From Rhina ancylostomus (taxonomy: Eukaryota), in NCBI GenBank assembly GCA_030265395.1, contig JARFYF010000074.1, positions 36,311,131 through 36,375,130 on the forward strand: DNA of 64,000 nucleotides. Reading direction: 5' to 3'. Position numbers and translations under genes: made by a program. The notes under the pieces were generated by a model. It was not told where the DNA came from. It ran no database searches and worked only from the letters and a program-made list of their open reading frames with translations. This document shows, piece after piece, positions 51,421 to 63,190 of this stretch. Position 1 is the stretch's first letter; each line of letters opens with the position of its first letter.

Positions 51421-52489
51421 ACCATCAACAACGGCTTTTCCGCAGCTCAGTAGATCCCCCTAAGCTTCTGGTCCAGTGGATGTTTGCTACAGCCATTGGA
51501 ATAAGGAATTGTAAAAATAAAAAATAAATCAGAAAGATGCTCAGGGAAAGGCAGCGTCAGCAAAAAGACTCACACTCTCTTTGGGGAAGTGAAAGACCGT
51601 AACCAGTGATTGTAAGCTTTGCCAAGACCCGTCACAAGTGAAGTGAAAGCTGTGCTATATATAAAAAAACTGCAATGAGGATGTGAAATGCCGAAGTGAA
51701 TCGTGATGTGGTAAGGGTCCATGCAGGGGACATCCTTAATCCAGTTTCAAAGGACTGCTTGCTTATCCAATCCAGGCAGGTACATACTTGACGAAATATT
51801 AAATCTGATGCTTCATCAGTTCTCGATGGGATCTATACTGATGTCTAAGCAATAGAGACACCCTTTATGTATCTTATCACTTTAGTGGACTATCACTAAA
51901 TACTTCAGGCTGGAATCCAGAAAACTGTATGACCATTGACAACCGTTCTTCGTCATACGAGTTGTGCAATTAACATTCAGTTTTGCAATGCTAGTAATAT
52001 ATGCTTCATACATTTCAACTTCAGAAGGGCTTCATTAGTTGCAAAGTATTTTGCAATGTCCTAAGGCAATGAATGGTCCAATATAAATACAAGCGTTTCA
52101 AATGGCATAACTGATGCACTTCTCTTCAATCGATGGCAACCTGCTCTGTGGATGTGTCCTACTTACAGGTTTTTCCCTGAGTTGAGGCAATTCAGTAGCT
52201 CTTTAACTAACAACTGAACCACAGGTGGTAAGCAGTGCTGCTACTCATTATTCTTAATAGGGCTGCATATTGCACATAAACTAGAATTTTTTTCAGTTTG
52301 TCTAAAATGATTGTGGATTCATTCTGTATTTAGTAACTTCAGCTGTTTCAGACTGAAAAAAATCAGATCCTTAAAGCCTCAACTTTGGTTATGAACATCA
52401 TTTCCAGAAATTAGTTCTTGGCTTTTACAAAGGTTTCCAGCAGAAACATAAATAAACCTATGTGGTCAGTAATTTTCTTTTGCTTAGCC

Positions 52490-53250
52490 AGAATTCTCCT
52501 CCACTGTGGTTGATGGGTCCTTGACTGTGTCCATTCCATTCTCTACAATTCAGCCTCACCTCCCTCCCAAACCCCTAACAAGTTTCCTCTTGTTCTCATC
52601 TTGCACCCCACTAGCCTCCACATTCAATGGAGCATCCACTGTCCATTGTGATGCCACTACCAAACAAATTTTCTGAAAGGACAATTTTTTCTTCTACATT
52701 TTGGCTTGTTCCTCGATCACCACCAATACCCACTCTCCTACCCATGGCGTCTTTCTGTCAGGGATGCCACAACTGGCATTTTATCTAATTTCTTCCCACT
52801 TTCACTATCCAGAGCCCAAATACATACAACACTTGCTGCAGGTGAAACGGTGATTTACTTGTACGGCTTTCAATTTAGTATCATGTATTAGTTGTTTATA
52901 ATGTGATCTGTTTTACATTCAGGAGTCCTTCTGGATTCAACGTTTGAGTTGAATGGCTTCAGATAATGACCTTCTCCTTACAATTATTTTGTTTCTACAC
53001 CCCTCTTGTCTTGCACTGCTAACCTTTTTTTTAATTAAATCTCATTTGTTTTACAACCAATCTTGGAGACCTTGCCTTAGTTCTTTCCTTCCCTTTTGTC
53101 TTTCCTACATCCTAAAATGTGTTCCATCTCTATCTTGATGAAAAGTCCTTGATTTTGTTTCTTTCTCCTCAGATACTTCTTAAGCAGACTGTGTATTATC
53201 AGCACCTGTTGTTTTAACTTATAATTTCCAAATTCCATAGTATTCTGCCT
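52490..53250 (+). mobile_element. Old Penelope-like element 3' fragment
   Basis: About 52839-52925 translates QVKR*FTCTAFNLVSCISCL*CDLFYIQE (decayed GIY-YIG). A degenerate terminal repeat starts at TCTTGATGAAAAGTC (about 53133). Confidence 0.7.
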
Positions 53251-53424
53251 TTGTACTAATTTATGAAAAACCTAAGGATTGCTCGTTGATAATTTGGCCA
53301 ACTGTTATAAGATTTAATGGGCAAGAGTCTTTTGGAGTGCCCAGATCAGCTTGGGTCCTCTGAGGTGACTATTTCTTAGGACTAGGTTGATTCATTCACT
53401 TAAGCCAATTTGGGGAAAAAAGAA

Positions 53425-53880
53425 CTCTGGAATCTCAGTGTAATGTTAACAAGACGGCTCCGTTGGGCAGGCCAGGTTGTTCATGTGACTGACACTCTAT
53501 TCTCAGCTCAGTCGGGGAGGGGATATCCAAGTAGACAGAGGAAAAGATTCGTAGTTGTCCTTAAAACACTGAAAAAAATGCAGTATCCCCATTGATTCCC
53601 ATGGATTCCTGGCCTTTAACTGTTCAAGGTAAAGAAGAAACATTTGCGATGGTACTGGGACCCTCAAATCGATGTATAAAGAACACATAGAAGCCCAGTG
53701 TAAATGGCAGAAGGAGTGCAACGGTTCACAATCTATCTGCCAGCCCCGGAAAACCCCTCTTGCCCCATCTGTGGTAGAGTCTGCAGGTCCATGCTGGCCT
53801 CATCAGCCACCTCAGAAACCAAAGAACTGGAGAAGTAAGTCATCATTGACCCTTTGGGACTCCCTGAGCAAGAGAAGAGT
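53425..53880 (+). mobile_element. RTE-clade LINE 3' fragment
   Basis: Encodes RRLRWAGQVV, RQRKRF...LKT and a C-terminal CPICGRVCRS zinc-finger remnant. Confidence 0.8.
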
Positions 53881-54744
53881 AGTGTAAACACCACACTGCT
53901 GCAGCTCAGAATTAGCAGTGAAACTCCCAATAATCCCGCATTTAATCGTTCAGAAATCCTGATGGTTTGGCATGTGGCTCTCTCATTTCTGAAGAATGTG
54001 AGCCGGGATCCGGATTGTGAGTAAAGTGCGCAGCCAGAGCCGGGGTTCCAGGGTGTTGCCGGTGCCAGGGTCAGTACTCTGGTGTGCGACCAGAGCTGGG
54101 GTACGTGTTGGAACACCGGGGATCAATCTGAAACATTCATGCTGAAACTTGCAAGCTGAAACTCACCAGGTTCTATTTCCTTACAAAATTATATTATTGT
54201 GCAACCTGTTTAATAAGCATAGAACTTAGAATAAGTGAGATAAAAGTGTAGTTGGGTATTATAGGAGTAACGTTCAGTAGTCTGGAAAATTTGATAATCC
54301 AGCATCATGGAAGTCTCGAGTTTTTCACTGTATTTTTAGTGTTTTACGGTAGTTTGCAAAATTATTGTCAGTACTTCGCATTCATTTACCATAATGAGAC
54401 ATAAATGTTATGGGAAGAGTTAAGGTTGAGTCATCTTTTATGTGGGATGTAACCAGAAATTTCCAATGCTCAACTGATGGTTAAGTTCTGATAATTTTAA
54501 CCTTTCAGCAGGCAGCTACAGGGAGTAAAGACTGCTTTTTTGGAATCTTGGGGTGTATTGAGCGGTAAAGCAAGAAGTTTGTAGTAAGGTGAGAAAGGTT
54601 TGCATAAATGTGAATTACTCAGAGCCTGAACCAGAGATCCTGCAGTAATGGTATTAATAACTCCAAAAAAAATGTGTTTTACAGAGTGTAATAGAAGCAA
54701 TAATATTAATAATGTTGGATATTTCTGTAATATCCAATGTTTGC

Positions 54745-55190
54745 AATTGAGAGTGTGCAGCCAAAGAATCAATCTCAAGGCAGATTTGTCATTTGAGGAG
54801 ACATTAAGTAGGTTAGGCCTGTATTCTCTTGAGTTTGATTTGATTGAAGCTTGTAAAATTCCTATGGAGCTGGACATAGCAGATGCAGAATTGATGTTTC
54901 CCTTGGCTAGGGTATCTGGAAAAGGACTTCACAGTCTTAAAATAAAGGTTTGGCCATTCAGGACAGAGATGAGAAGAAATTTCTTCACCTGATGGGTGAT
55001 GAATGTTTAGAATTCAGCATGAAGATGACTGTGGAAGGTTAGTCAAGATGTATCTTAAAGATAGAGTTCAGTGGATTTTTAAATATTAAGGGAAAGTGGT
55101 ACCAAGTCAACAATCAACCGCGATCTTAAGGAATGATGGAGCATGTCTGAGGGATTGAATGTCTGCCCCCTGTTTCAGTTTCTTCTTTCC
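54745..55190 (+). mobile_element. CR1 3' fragment
   Basis: Encodes LSFEETLSRLGLYSLE..DLIEACKI..HSLKIKVWPFRTEMRRNFFT. Confidence 0.85.
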
Positions 55191-56269
55191 TTACATTCAT
55201 AATTCTTTACTCTAAACAGCAGTATTAATTTAATTTTTATTTTCTTCAGTTTCTGTGAATTTCTGAGCCTAATTTTAATCTATATGTTTATGAAGAAATA
55301 AATGGCAGCAGAGATCTGACCCGAGATCTTTACCTTTGCCATGGAGAAGAAGGGCTGTCCATTTCCTTGAAAGCAAGGAATCATTTCAATTTTTTGAAGA
55401 GGCTATTACTTGTAAGTTTCAGTGTGCTGTTCAGAATATATTTATTGTTAATTTATTTAATAAGATTCAGATCTTGGTGATGATACCAGTAATGAGAAAG
55501 CTGGACAGGAAGATTTGAAAGTGAAGAAAACTAATTTGGCTAAATATTACAGAAATGAAAATTTCTTACAGCACCAAATAAAATAGTAGGTGTGGGGATG
55601 AAAGGTACCCAGAGATGTATTTCAGATTCCTTGGTGAAAGCCCAGTGAAGGCTCACCGAATTAAAATATCATTTACTTTTGCTGCAGCAGTCATGATACA
55701 TGAAGGAAATGCTGTCTTAGAAGGGGATTTGATACTGAGAAAGAGATGGGGATTTTAGTACATTTACCTGTCAACAACACCAACTGTATGCCTGCCAGTG
55801 TGATAACAAGATTGCTGCCAAAGACTGGAAGAAAACCCACTCAGGTTAATTACTGCCCCTCGGTATCCAAAATGTGACTTTCAGCAAACTTCTAAAATTG
55901 ATTACATGAGTCCACAGATTTTTTTTAAAGACATTCAATGAACTGAATGTAGACAAGCAAAATGAATTTAAATTGATTCGACTATAGAATGTTTGTTTTG
56001 TTTAAAGTATTATTGAGTCCTGGCATTTCATAGGCTGCTGTGACAGGAATCTTTCTTTGTACTTTACGGTGTGTGTTAGCACAACAGAACAGACATTCTG
56101 GGTAATAACGTGTTCAAAATGAACACTGTGATACTTGATTACACATTTTCTTCAATGATTTTGTCATTTAGGGGTTATTTGATGCACTTAGTGAAAATAA
56201 TCCCTCTCCTTTACAATTGGAATCATACACAGTGCAGCCCAGAGACATAGGTAGCAATTAAGGTGAGAA

Positions 56270-56522
56270 GTGAACCCATGTGGAGTTTACACATCCTCCA
56301 TGTGGCTGCATAGGGTTCCCCAGATCCTGCAGTTTCCGTCCACATCCCAAAGATATGCTAATAGGTTAATTACCCCTAATGTATGTAAGTGACAGAAAAA
56401 TTGGTGGGGGGGGGTGAAATTGATGGGTATGTAAGAGGGGAAAAGTTACAGTGAAAGAAGTGGGGGAAATCAGATTGATGGGAGTGCTCTGAGAGCTGGC
56501 ACAGACTCGATAGGCTGAATGA
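56270..56522 (+). mobile_element. V-SINE fragment
   Basis: TGTGGAGTTTACACATCCTCC..AGTTTCCGTCCACATCCCAAAGA..GAGAGCTGGCACAGACTCGATAGGCTGAATG. Confidence 0.75.
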
Positions 56523-57971
56523 CTATAAAACACAGCACCACTGCACCAAGTGTTACTGTTGTCTTTCATTAAAAAGCTTTCCACAAACTAATTAATTTTC
56601 CACAAATTAATCATTAATCAATTTACTTTGAGTCTTCAAGTCATCCAAAAGTCCTTTTATTCATCAGCCCTGTGAGTGTGTCAATTTTAACTGACAATAT
56701 GTGCATAATTGCAATGCTTTTATTGGCAGTCAAATAGAAAAGAATCAAGAGCATGCTTGAATTGTGACTTTATTTAGACACGGTGTACATGCATCCCTAA
56801 CAGAGCAAGCAGTATAATGGGGATTAACAAGGTGTATTAGTTGGGACACTGGGCATTAATGTTCTTTTTAAATACTTTTCTGGCTTTGGACTCCAACGGT
56901 CATGGACTCGGCATCAATTATTGTACATCTTTGGTAATATGTTAAGCCACTTAAGAGGCTGGATTGCTTATTTTAAGAGACCATAATGCCACAAATCAAA
57001 ATAGAGTTTAACATTTTTTTTCAGACACTGTTAATTGATTGGCTTGCTAACTTGAAGTTATTTGCCTTATTATCTGCAGGGACCACAAACAGTATCCAAT
57101 ATCATTCTCCAGATGTCAAATAAACACACATTAATGAGGTTCACTGTTCAAAACATATCTTGTACCGTTCAGTCATCATACTTTTAATTTTCAATAAGTA
57201 ATATTAAAGAGCCCAAAAACAGATTGTTTATATTTTTGTAGATCAAATGTATCANNNNNNNNNNNNNNNNNNNNNNNNNNNNNNNNNNNNNNNNNNNNNN
57301 NNNNNNNNNNNNNNNNNNNNNNNNNNNNNNNNNNNNNNNNNNNNNNNNNNNNNNGTAGATCAAATGTATCATCTGTATGAACACATAACCATGTAATTAT
57401 ATAGCATCTTTCAATCTTCTAGGACAGCCAGCTTCATCTCACAATGAATGTTTTTTATTGAACTGGCATCAGTGTTCATTTGTAAGTACATACAACAGCC
57501 AATTTATGAACCTTAAGGTCATACTAATAGCAAGTGAGTCAAATAGGCAGTTGATCTGTCTTGATTATGTTGTTCAGGCAAGAATGCTGGTCAGGAAAAA
57601 GAAGTTGAAAAATAGTTTATATTTTTCTAATGGGTAAGAATGTAAACTTGCCAGCAAAAGGTCGTTACCTAAGAGTACCAAATGATCATCCAGAAATAGA
57701 TATAATCTCTAGAATATTTCTTACCTTGTCCTTGCTGGAAATAATTTCCTGCTGATCAAAAGCACTTAAACCACCTTTTCACATTTTGTAGACAATTTTA
57801 TTTGGATAGGATGGTGATAATATGCCTGATGTGAAAGAAAAAAGCCATGGAAAAAGAGTTGTTTCCTTTTACTTTAGCATAATATTTGCAGAGTCACAGT
57901 AATAAGCAAGCTATTAGTGTATGGAGTTATGTTAAAATGATACTTATATCCATGATTGAAGTGTAAAGCAA

Positions 57972-57999
57972 CCTAACTCTGAGTCTACTTCTTTTGCAG
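57972..57999 (+). promoter_or_regulatory. Branch point, pyrimidine tract and 3' splice site of the PGC-1 exon
   Basis: CCTAAC at 57972-57977, then TCTACTTCTTTTGCAG ending at 57999. Confidence 0.85.
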
Positions 58000-58176
58000 T
58001 ATGGTTCCATGGCTGGTGAGGACCGTTTATATTCAGATTTTCCAGAAATTGACCTTTCCCAGCTGGATGTGACTGATCTTGATTCAGTTAGCTGCCTTAG
58101 TGAACTTCAGTGGGACAATGACCAAACAGAAATAAGTTCCAGCCAGTATAGTACAGATGATTCTGAGCTTTTTGAA
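58000..58176 (+). CDS. ppargc1b: Internal coding exon (exon 2 equivalent) of PPAR-gamma coactivator 1-beta, acidic activation domain
   Basis: 59 codons, YGSMAGEDRLYSDFPEIDLSQLDVTDLDSVSCLSELQWDNDQTEISSSQYSTDDSELFE, between TTGCAG and GTAAGT in phase 0/0. It is closer to recalled PGC-1beta (LYADFPELDLSQLD..C.GELQW..QYS.DDSELFQ) than to PGC-1alpha (LCPDLPELDLSELD..GLKW..QYNNEPSNIFE). Confidence 0.93.
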
Positions 58177-59019
58177 GTAAGTATGCATTTGAATTCTCCT
58201 GCTATGCTAATGCTAAACAACTTTAAATTTAGTGAAAATGAACCCTTGTGGCCCTAATCCAAAGGACTAAAGTATTTTGTTATGACAATCATATTGATGT
58301 GCTGGTTGGTTAACTGGTGACTATAAATAACCACTTGGTTTAGGTTTATGGCAAACAGAATCAAAGATGAATTGACAGCATGTGTAAGAGAGAATAAGTT
58401 GCAGGGGTACAAGGGGAAAATGACAATGGGTTCGTAAAAAGTGTTAATATAAGATTTTGCATTCCTTGTATTCAATAGAGGGGAAAAGTTAGAAAATTAT
58501 GTAGTTGCCAGGCTGTGAACTCTGTACTAGACAAAGGTCAAGGTTACTTAGTATAAATATAGTTCATTTCATTAATAATTAAAGTCAATGCAGAATCATA
58601 GATGATTATTCTTGCTCATTTAATCTTTATTCTCACCCTGGTTTGCCTATTTCCCCTGTTTTATCAGTCACTGAGGTCTACACCCCTCATAGTAGCAAGA
58701 AAGTTTGCAGGACATTGAGGAATTATATTCTGAGACAGTTTCAAGCTAAAGAGTCTTGCTATAGTAGAACTAGTGTGACCATTTGGAATGGGTTCTGAAA
58801 AGAAGGTGCACATTTTTTGGCATCCCTTCTTTCCTCTTCCTGCCTATCATGTTTCCCCTCTCACCATCCTAAACCTATGACTTCTGTCACCTGGAAGGAC
58901 ATCAGAAGTGTGGGAACACCACCACTTCCAAGACACCCCCAGATTCACACATCATGCTGCTCTGAAAAAGTATCACTGTTCATTGTTACTGGGTCTACAT
59001 CTTAGAAACTCCTGCACAA

Positions 59020-59959
59020 CAACATTCATACAATCAAACAAAAATTTACAGCACGACAGCAGGCTATTCAGCCTATCTTTTTCATGCCAGTCATAAAAGA
59101 GTTACCCAGCTAAATCCCATCTTCCAGAAAGAGGTCAGTAGGTCTGAAGGTCATACATTTTCAAGTACACATCCAAGTAATTTTTGAATGTGATGGTGCT
59201 TTGCTTCTGCTACTCTTTCAGGTTCCGAGTGCCCCACTTATCTCAGGAAGAATTTTTTTTTCTTTTCTCCTAATTCTTCTACCAATTACTTTAATTCTAT
59301 GCCCTCTTGTTTTTGACCCTTTTGCTGAACAAGTACATAGAAGTAGACCACCTGCCCCCCAAGCCTGTACACCATTCATTATGATCATGGCAGAAATGTT
59401 TCAGGCTTCATCTCATTTTCTGTGCCCTTTCCACATTGCCCTCAATTACCCAGCCTTTTAAAAATATCTCCCCTTCGTCTTTAAATAACTCTGGTGGTCT
59501 AGCCTCCACAACCCATTCATTGCTCTCCCACGAGCAGAAACATCCCAATATCTACCCTGTCATACCCCCTTAGGATCTTATATGTTTCAATAAGGAAAAT
59601 AGGTCTTTCCAATTTATTCTGTTTAGTGCCCTCATAATTTTACACACCTGAAGTAAGCCTCCCTTTGGCTTCCTCTGTCCCAAGGGAAGCAACTCTGCCT
59701 TATCCACTTTCCCTCAGCTATCATTTTCCAGTTCTGGCAATGTTCTCATAACTCGCCTCTGCATCCTCTGCGGTGCAGTCACATCTTTCCTATAATGTGG
59801 TGACTAGAGCAGCACACAGTATTCAAGCAGTGATCTAACTAGAGTTGCGTATCCATTCCAGCAACATTTCCCCAGTAATATATTCTGTGCCACAATTATC
59901 AAAAGAAAATATCCCATATGCCTTCTCAACAACCTTATCGACCTGAGGGTATGTGGACC
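59020..59959 (-). mobile_element. Nested CR1 3' fragments
   Basis: The minus strand encodes ATLVRSLLEYCVL. A second CR1-type 3' end (CACCATTCATTATGATCATGGC) is inserted at about 59335-59600. Confidence 0.8.
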
Positions 59960-60573
59960 NNNNNNNNNNNNNNNNNNNNNNNNNNNNNNNNNNNNNNNNN
60001 NNNNNNNNNNNNNNNNNNNNNNNNNNNNNNNNNNNNNNNNNNNNNNNNNNNNNNNNNNNNNNNNNNNNNNNNNNNNNNNNNNNNNNNNNNNNNNNNNNNN
60101 NNNNNNNNNNNNNNNNNNNNNNNNNNNNNNNNNNNNNNNNNNNNNNNNNNNNNNNNNNNNNNNNNNNNNNNNNNNNNNNNNNNNNNNNNNNNNNNNNNNN
60201 NNNNNNNNNNNNNNNNNNNNNNNNNNNNNNNNNNNNNNNNNNNNNNNNNNNNNNNNNNNNNNNNNNNNNNNNNNNNNNNNNNNNNNNNNNNNNNNNNNNN
60301 NNNNNNNNNNNNNNNNNNNNNNNNNNNNNNNNNNNNNNNNNNNNNNNNNNNNNNNNNNNNNNNNNNNNNNNNNNNNNNNNNNNNNNNNNNNNNNNNNNNN
60401 NNNNNNNNNNNNNNNNNNNNNNNNNNNNNNNNNNNNNNNNNNNNNNNNNNNNNNNNNNNNNNNNNNNNNNNNNNNNNNNNNNNNNNNNNNNNNNNNNNNN
60501 NNNNNNNNNNNNNNNNNNNNNNNNNNNNNNNNNNNNNNNNNNNNNNNNNNNNNNNNNNNNNNNNNNNNNNNNN

Positions 60574-61263
60574 TGGAAAGACTCAGCAGGTCAGGCGACA
60601 TCTGTGGGAAAAGAGATAGAGTTAACGTTTCAGGTCCAAGACCCTTTGTCAGAACAGGAAAGGAGACAAAAGGAGTTTGTTAAGCTGCGGGGAGGGTGGG
60701 GGAGGGGAATGTCTCTGACTTAGTCGAGTTGGAGTAACCATGGGGATAAGCGGTAACCAAGTCATGAGTGAATGAGAGCAGTTGGAGAGTGAGAACATAA
60801 ACAAAATAACATTGGCAAAAGGGTGTAGGAGTTGCAAAATGCAAGTTGAGCATGTCCTAAGGAAAAACAGGAGAAAAAGCACATCAGGCTGAGACAATAT
60901 CACAGACAGACAAATGACACAGACTGCAACTAAGTCACCAGAAGTTGTAGTATTCAGTATTCAGTCCAGTAGGCTGCAACATGCCCAGACGGAAGATGAG
61001 ATGCTGTTCCTCAAGCTTGCGTTTGGCCTCATTGTCACACAATGAGGCAACAAATCAATAGGTCAGAGTGGGAGGGGATGGAGAACTAAAGCAGCAGGCT
61101 ACGGAAAACTCATGATAGCCCTGCAGACTGAACGCAGGTGCTCTGCAAAGCGATCACTCAAGCTGCGTTTGCCTTCTCTATTGCAGCGGACACCATACTG
61201 TGAACACTGAATGCAGTACACTAGAATGGAAGAAGTGCAAGTTAATCATTGCCTCACCTGGAG
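60574..61263 (-). mobile_element. Penelope-like (Neptune-type) retroelement 3' part: GIY-YIG endonuclease remnant, 3' UTR and terminal repeat
   Basis: Minus translation QVRQ*LTCTSSILVYCIQCSQYGVRCNREGKRSLSDRFAEHLRSV..DNEAKRKLEEQHLIFRLGMLQPTGLNTEYYNF (60941-61263). Terminal repeat at 60574-60656. Confidence 0.88.
60620..60656 (-). ncRNA. Minimal type I hammerhead ribozyme motif in the Penelope 3' terminus (one core substitution)
   Basis: The minus strand reads TGTT-CTGACAA-AGGGTCTTGGACCT-GAAA-CGTT-AACT. Stem I is GTT/AAC, stem II is GGTC/GACC, and stem III is the palindromic ACGT. The core CUGANGA carries a G-to-A change. Confidence 0.7.
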
Positions 61264-61279
61264 AATATTTCATTCTCTC

Positions 61280-61880
61280 ATTTTTAACTACAACATCATT
61301 ATTGTCCCTCTCTTTTGTAAAGACAGCTACAAGGTGTACATAACCTTATCCATGTCTTTTGCTTCCTCACATAGGTTACTTTTTTGGTCCATTATAGGTA
61401 CTATCCTTTAGTATCCTCATACTCTTTATGTACACATATGCATTTTCTTTGATTTTACTCTCTTGTCTTTTTTCCATATCCTCACTTTGCTTTCTTAATT
61501 TCTGTTTTACTTCTATGTAATTTGCATTCTCATCTAGGCTTTCTGAAGGATTGAATTTTCCAACTCTCCATATCTGGTTCAAATTTCTCATATTTTGCCC
61601 TCTCTTACCCTCTATGCTCCATTGACTAAGGGATTCTGGTTAAGCAGTCTCACCCTTTTGTTGGAACCTGTTTAACCTAAATTCCATGAAACTGCTTTTT
61701 CACTGACTCCCATTGCTTTAAGATTGATTTATTTTCAGGTCAAGAGTTCCAGTCCATTATTACTAAATTATTTCTCAATCTGGTAAAACTGGCCTCACCC
61801 CAATTCAGAAGCTTTACTCTTAATTTACCTTTGTCCTTTTCTTAACTATCCCAAATCTAACAAAATTATGGTCATTGCTG
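61280..61880 (-). mobile_element. Old CR1 ORF2 fragment (APE-RT linker)
   Basis: Encodes IKENAYVYIKSMRILKD..GPK. The sequence CTCACCCCAATTCAG..TTATGGTCATTGCT parallels the LNWG and SDHN regions of the 43033-43407 element. Confidence 0.6.
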
Positions 61881-61884
61881 TATA

Positions 61885-63090
61885 ACATAAATCCTAAAAC
61901 TGGCAGCAAAGAACTTCATTCAGAGATACATAACCTCATCATTCACAGGTGTGAAGAGGGGAATATTCCAGGTGACCTCAGAGGTGCCATAACCTTCAAG
62001 AAAAGAGATGAGACTGATTGCTATCCGCCACAAGGAAGTTCATCACAAGGGTGTTCCCCAACCAGCTGCATACAAAGGCTGTTAAGCTCCTCCCCTAGTG
62101 TGGATTCTGTCCAGCCAGAAGCATTGCGGGTGAAAAAAAATGTAGGAAGCCTCACTAGGTACAATATCTGGTCTTTTTAAATCTCATCAAAACCTTTGAC
62201 TTCATCAGTTGGGAGATACTGTGCAACATCCTCCTCAAATTTGATTGCACACAGAAATTCATTTCCATTTTTACCACTGCTCTATGATGGCATGCCTGCC
62301 ATGATACCAACCGATCGGTCTACAACATAACCATTCTGATCTTCAGAAACAATAGAAAGCTGTTCAACCTGCAGTCCGGGTTCAAGATTATACAAACCTC
62401 AGTGGACAAATTGCAATACTCCGATGATGCTTGCAATTGCTCATTGCTTAAAGGCCAAACTCGAAGTCATCATTGGTGCTTTCACTAATCAAAGATGAAG
62501 ATGGACCTTATACTCAGTGGCCCCTACTGCACCACACTGCTCTCAAAAAACTGGCCTCACCCCAATTTACCTTTGTCCTTTTCTTAACTATCCCAAATCT
62601 AACAAAATTATGATCATTGTTGTATAACATAAATCCTAAAACTGGCAGCAACTGGCCATACATAGAAAAACATGGACCACTTGCCATATATCAAAAGCCA
62701 CCTCTTGGCGAAGGCAGATATCAGTGATGAAATTCACCACTGCTTTCATTCCACAAGCACAGCTTTTGGTCGATTAGGAAAGGGATATTTGAAGATCATG
62801 ACCTCAGACCTGGCATAAAACCCAGGATCTACTGGGTAGCAGTGATCACTGTCCTATTAAATGCTTCTGAGATCTAGATTAGGCAGATGAAGACACTAGA
62901 AAAATGCCACCACTGTTGTCTCCACAAATGCTCTAGATTTGCTGGAAGGTCAAACAAACCAATGTCAGTGTCCTTTCCCAGGCCAACATTTCTGAGGCTC
63001 TAATTGCAAAAATTCAGCTACATAGTGCAGGCCATGTTGTGAACATCCCTGACACCAGACTCCCAAAACAGACAAACAGACATTCTTTTC
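61885..63090 (+). mobile_element. Decayed RTE-clade LINE RT region
   Basis: EEGNIPGDLRGA.TFKK, LIKTFD..SWEIL..ILLKFDC.QKFISI, LQYSDDA (YADD equivalent, about 62411-62431), F.RL...IF and PDTRLPKQ. Confidence 0.82.
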
Positions 63091-63190
63091 NNNNNNNNNN
63101 NNNNNNNNNNNNNNNNNNNNNNNNNNNNNNNNNNNNNNNNNNNNNNNNNNNNNNNNNNNNNNNNNNNNNNNNNNNNNNNNNNNNNNNNNN

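Noticed and set aside
57238-57371. GTAGATCAAATGTATCA duplicated on both sides of a 100-N gap (similarly GAATAGATT around 39441-39540)
   Set aside because: This is typical of unmerged contig overlaps. It cannot be distinguished from a target-site duplication without reads.
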